Source: Klebsormidium nitens (Eukaryota; Plantae; Klebsormidiophyceae). Taken from it: 64,000 bases of DNA. Numbering within the stretch: the first letter of the stretch is position 1; every line of letters begins with the position of its first letter. Shown piece by piece: positions 61,524-64,000 of the stretch. The notes under the pieces were generated by a model, which was not told where the DNA came from, did not search any database, and saw only the letters and a list, made by a program, of their open reading frames with translations. A program made the translations under genes and the position numbers. The DNA lies in assembly GCA_000708835.1 (NCBI GenBank), contig DF237179.1:62001-126000 (forward strand). The letters are read 5' to 3'.

Positions 61524-61714
61524 GTTCGAGGAGATCAGGCTCATGGACAAGGAGGGCGTCCAGCGTTGGAGGGGAGCAGATCCAAGAGATTGTCAATGTT
61601 GGGCTTTCGCAGAAGCGTTTTGGAATGCGGCCCAGGTCGTTCGAAAACCACGTGATAGGTACGCCATCTCTCTAATCCATTGCAAGTCCTTGAGTAGCGC
61701 CGCTTTGTCCACTG

Positions 61715-63794
61715 ATGGCGGAGCGCCGGTCCAAGCGTGCGCGGGTGGTCGATTACGCTGCGCTTGATTCTGGCGAATTCATTGAGGGCGTTGATGAGGT
61801 GTTGCCCAAACCCTCAACTGGTACCAACGCAGAGTCTGTAGATTATAAGAAGCTGTCGAAGTTGATTCTGAAGGGGGAGTATGGGGATAAAACAAAGGTG
61901 CTGTTTGCAAAGCCGGAAGAACTAGAGGAAGTGGTGCGGGGCTCAGGGTTTCAAAGTCCAATTGTGGTCAAAGATGCGGGGGAAGAGGGATTGCGGAAGC
62001 TTGGAATCAGGTAAGCGAGGCTGCTTTGTCCCGCTTCGTGGACATTTTCTGGAGACAATAATACTGTCCTTTGCACCTCAAGGACAAACTTTTCTCATGC
62101 CCCTGCTCTAATGAAGATGGCGCCTGCATCAGGACCTTAGCTGTGCTTGACCACCAGGAATCTGCACTTTTTTCGACACTTGTTGAGGAAACCGGAGGCT
62201 GTGGTCTGGGATATATTATTTAGCTCGGGTGTCTGGCAGAGTCTCTGGATGCATTGTCATTAACTTTTTTGATCTGGGTCGTCACCTGGGCGCAAAGTTT
62301 TGAAGTCACCTCATGTGATCTTTGGCATCCTTGATCCTTCGTTTTTTCATGAAATGATGAGCGGTTTCCAGAAACATTGATTCCACTTTCCTGAGCACAC
62401 ATGAATCGGTGGTGTGACCATGCCTTGCTCCAGTTTCCTAAATGCATCTTCCGTTGAAATTTTCGCACGGGGCTGCTCTTAAAAGCCCTGATTTCAATCC
62501 TCAGCACGGTGCTTTGCTCTTTCCACGGCAAGGCTCGGCCCAGTGCCTCAGATCACTCAGATGCGACAAGTATGTCCGGTGGATCCATACTTGCTTGCAA
62601 GTGTCAGAATGGTAGTTTGTTCCAGAAGCCAGCTGATTGATAGCAAGGCCTTGCTAATCAATATCTTTGATCAAGCGTCCCGACTGACCTGGTCATGCTT
62701 TACTTGCCATAGAGTGCCCTTAATCTGTCTCTTGACTGCTGCTGGCATGATAAGCTGCGAGTCCGCTTGTTTGTTAACCAAGTGGTATGACGAAGCGGCA
62801 GAAAGTGGGGACCAACGGGGTTCATATCTTCTGCCACTTTCCTTCTCCCCCTCGTTTGCTCCTTGAAGTCCAGCTACTCTGCTTAGGCATCTGGGGGCTG
62901 ACAGGCTGACGCTGGGGTGGCACAGGTCATGCTCCTTTTGAATCCTGCCTATCCTTAAACTGAAGGGTCCACTAGCGGCTTGCCTGTTTCTGAGAGCAAT
63001 TGTTTCATGCTTGAGCGGGGTTAAAATGTGGGGATACTGTCAACTTATCTCGTGTTGAAGGGTCCTATGCATCAAAGCCTCACAAGCAGGGAGTTACGTT
63101 GGTTTCTTTAAGAATAGGAGATAAGTGTTTGACTCACAGTATGGAGGACGGACTGAGGACAATTGGATCTGCAAGAGTTCCAAGGCCTTCTGGATATGAA
63201 ACGCTGTTTTGAGATCTCTTGATGGTTCTTTACTCTGCTTCAATCTGGTCATAGAAAGACATCAGCCTTACTAAGGACCGAGGCACCTTACGCACAAAGA
63301 CACCCGCGGGCCATGGATGGGTTTCTGAGGTCTTTATTATCAGCTAATCTGTTCCATCAAGATGTACGCTTCAAGAGGCTCCTTTCATGGCGACCTTTCA
63401 CTATCTAATGACCCGCAGACTTTTTCCTGGCAAGAAGAAGAAGAACAAATCAAGGATCAATCTCCCCCCGGATCAGGACAGATACATCCTCTGTTCTATC
63501 GCTTTCTATGTGCCCGCCCTTTGCCTTCATTTTGTTTCTTCTTGTTCTCAACCATCGTTCCTGTGCTTCTCCTGTCGTGCCAGGCTCCCTGACGGCGAGC
63601 TTACTGTAGACCTCATAGCGCGGCTGGTCGGGCCGCAGCACGCGATCCCGACCATCGATGTGGCGACGCAGGCGGAGGGGCCCAAATGGACCATGGAGCA
63701 GTGGCGCTACTACTGGAACATGCCGCCCTCCTCGCGCAAGAAGCTGCTCAACGTCGTTTCTCTCGGCCTGTTTGGGACAGGCATGGAGTCGCAG
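61715..63794 (+). CDS. KDM2/KDM7 (Jhd1/PHF8-type) JmjC histone demethylase-like protein, 5' part only
   Basis: Exons 61715-62010 and 63584-63794 (phase 2). They give GFQSPIVVKD..GLRKLGIRLPDGELTVDLIARLVGPQHAIPTIDVATQAEGPKWTMEQWRYYWNMPPSSRKKLLNVVSL, matching the pre-JmjC segment of the KDM2/7 family (F..P.v...GLG...P...tV.dV...vG....vdV.dV.tQ...M..w..Yy....R....NVISLEFS). The catalytic JmjC core lies beyond the window. Confidence 0.75.
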
Positions 63795-64000
63795 GTAAGG
63801 CCGGCCGAAGAAAAGGTCTATACTTTAGCCAGGGTTACTGCCTTAGCCGATGTCTGAAGGACTAGCGTTGAAAAGTAACTACGAAGAGTAGAGGGCAATT
63901 GGACAGCGTTTCGAGGATGACTCATGGGTGCCTGCTGAGAACTTTGCCCGTGATACGGAGTATGGGAGAGTCCATGGCGTCAAAGGAGGGCAAAGTTTCC

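Noticed and set aside
60795-61767. ORFs spanning the N run
   Set aside because: Artefacts of undetermined bases. The FEEIRLMDKEG... fragment after the gap is unassignable.

Overview
Eukaryotic nuclear DNA with GT-AG introns mostly 0.3-1.6 kb long and one N gap (61150-61523). The gene content (PPR-CBS, IBR3/ACAD11-type, plant-type TrmB, KDM2/7-type JmjC) suggests a streptophyte green alga such as Klebsormidium; this is an inference. I reconstructed the spliced gene models by hand and checked intron phases. In order: an ACAD10/11 (IBR3-like) kinase-dehydrogenase whose 3' half is not found; a hAT-type MITE in a divergent promoter; an 11-exon fusion of a PGK-like and a TrmB-like domain, both with degenerate active-site motifs; a gene joining a phage/bacterial-type unknown domain to ankyrin repeats, with a 1-nt frame discrepancy; a PPR+CBS gene; coiled-coil and unknown genes; a long disordered+LRR gene; four paralogous helical-domain+MYND genes in different states of decay; and the start of a KDM2/7-like JmjC gene. 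A recurring non-genic pattern is that introns carry decayed tandem copies of the adjacent exon boundary, often including the splice site. No rRNA, tRNA or CRISPR array was recognised.
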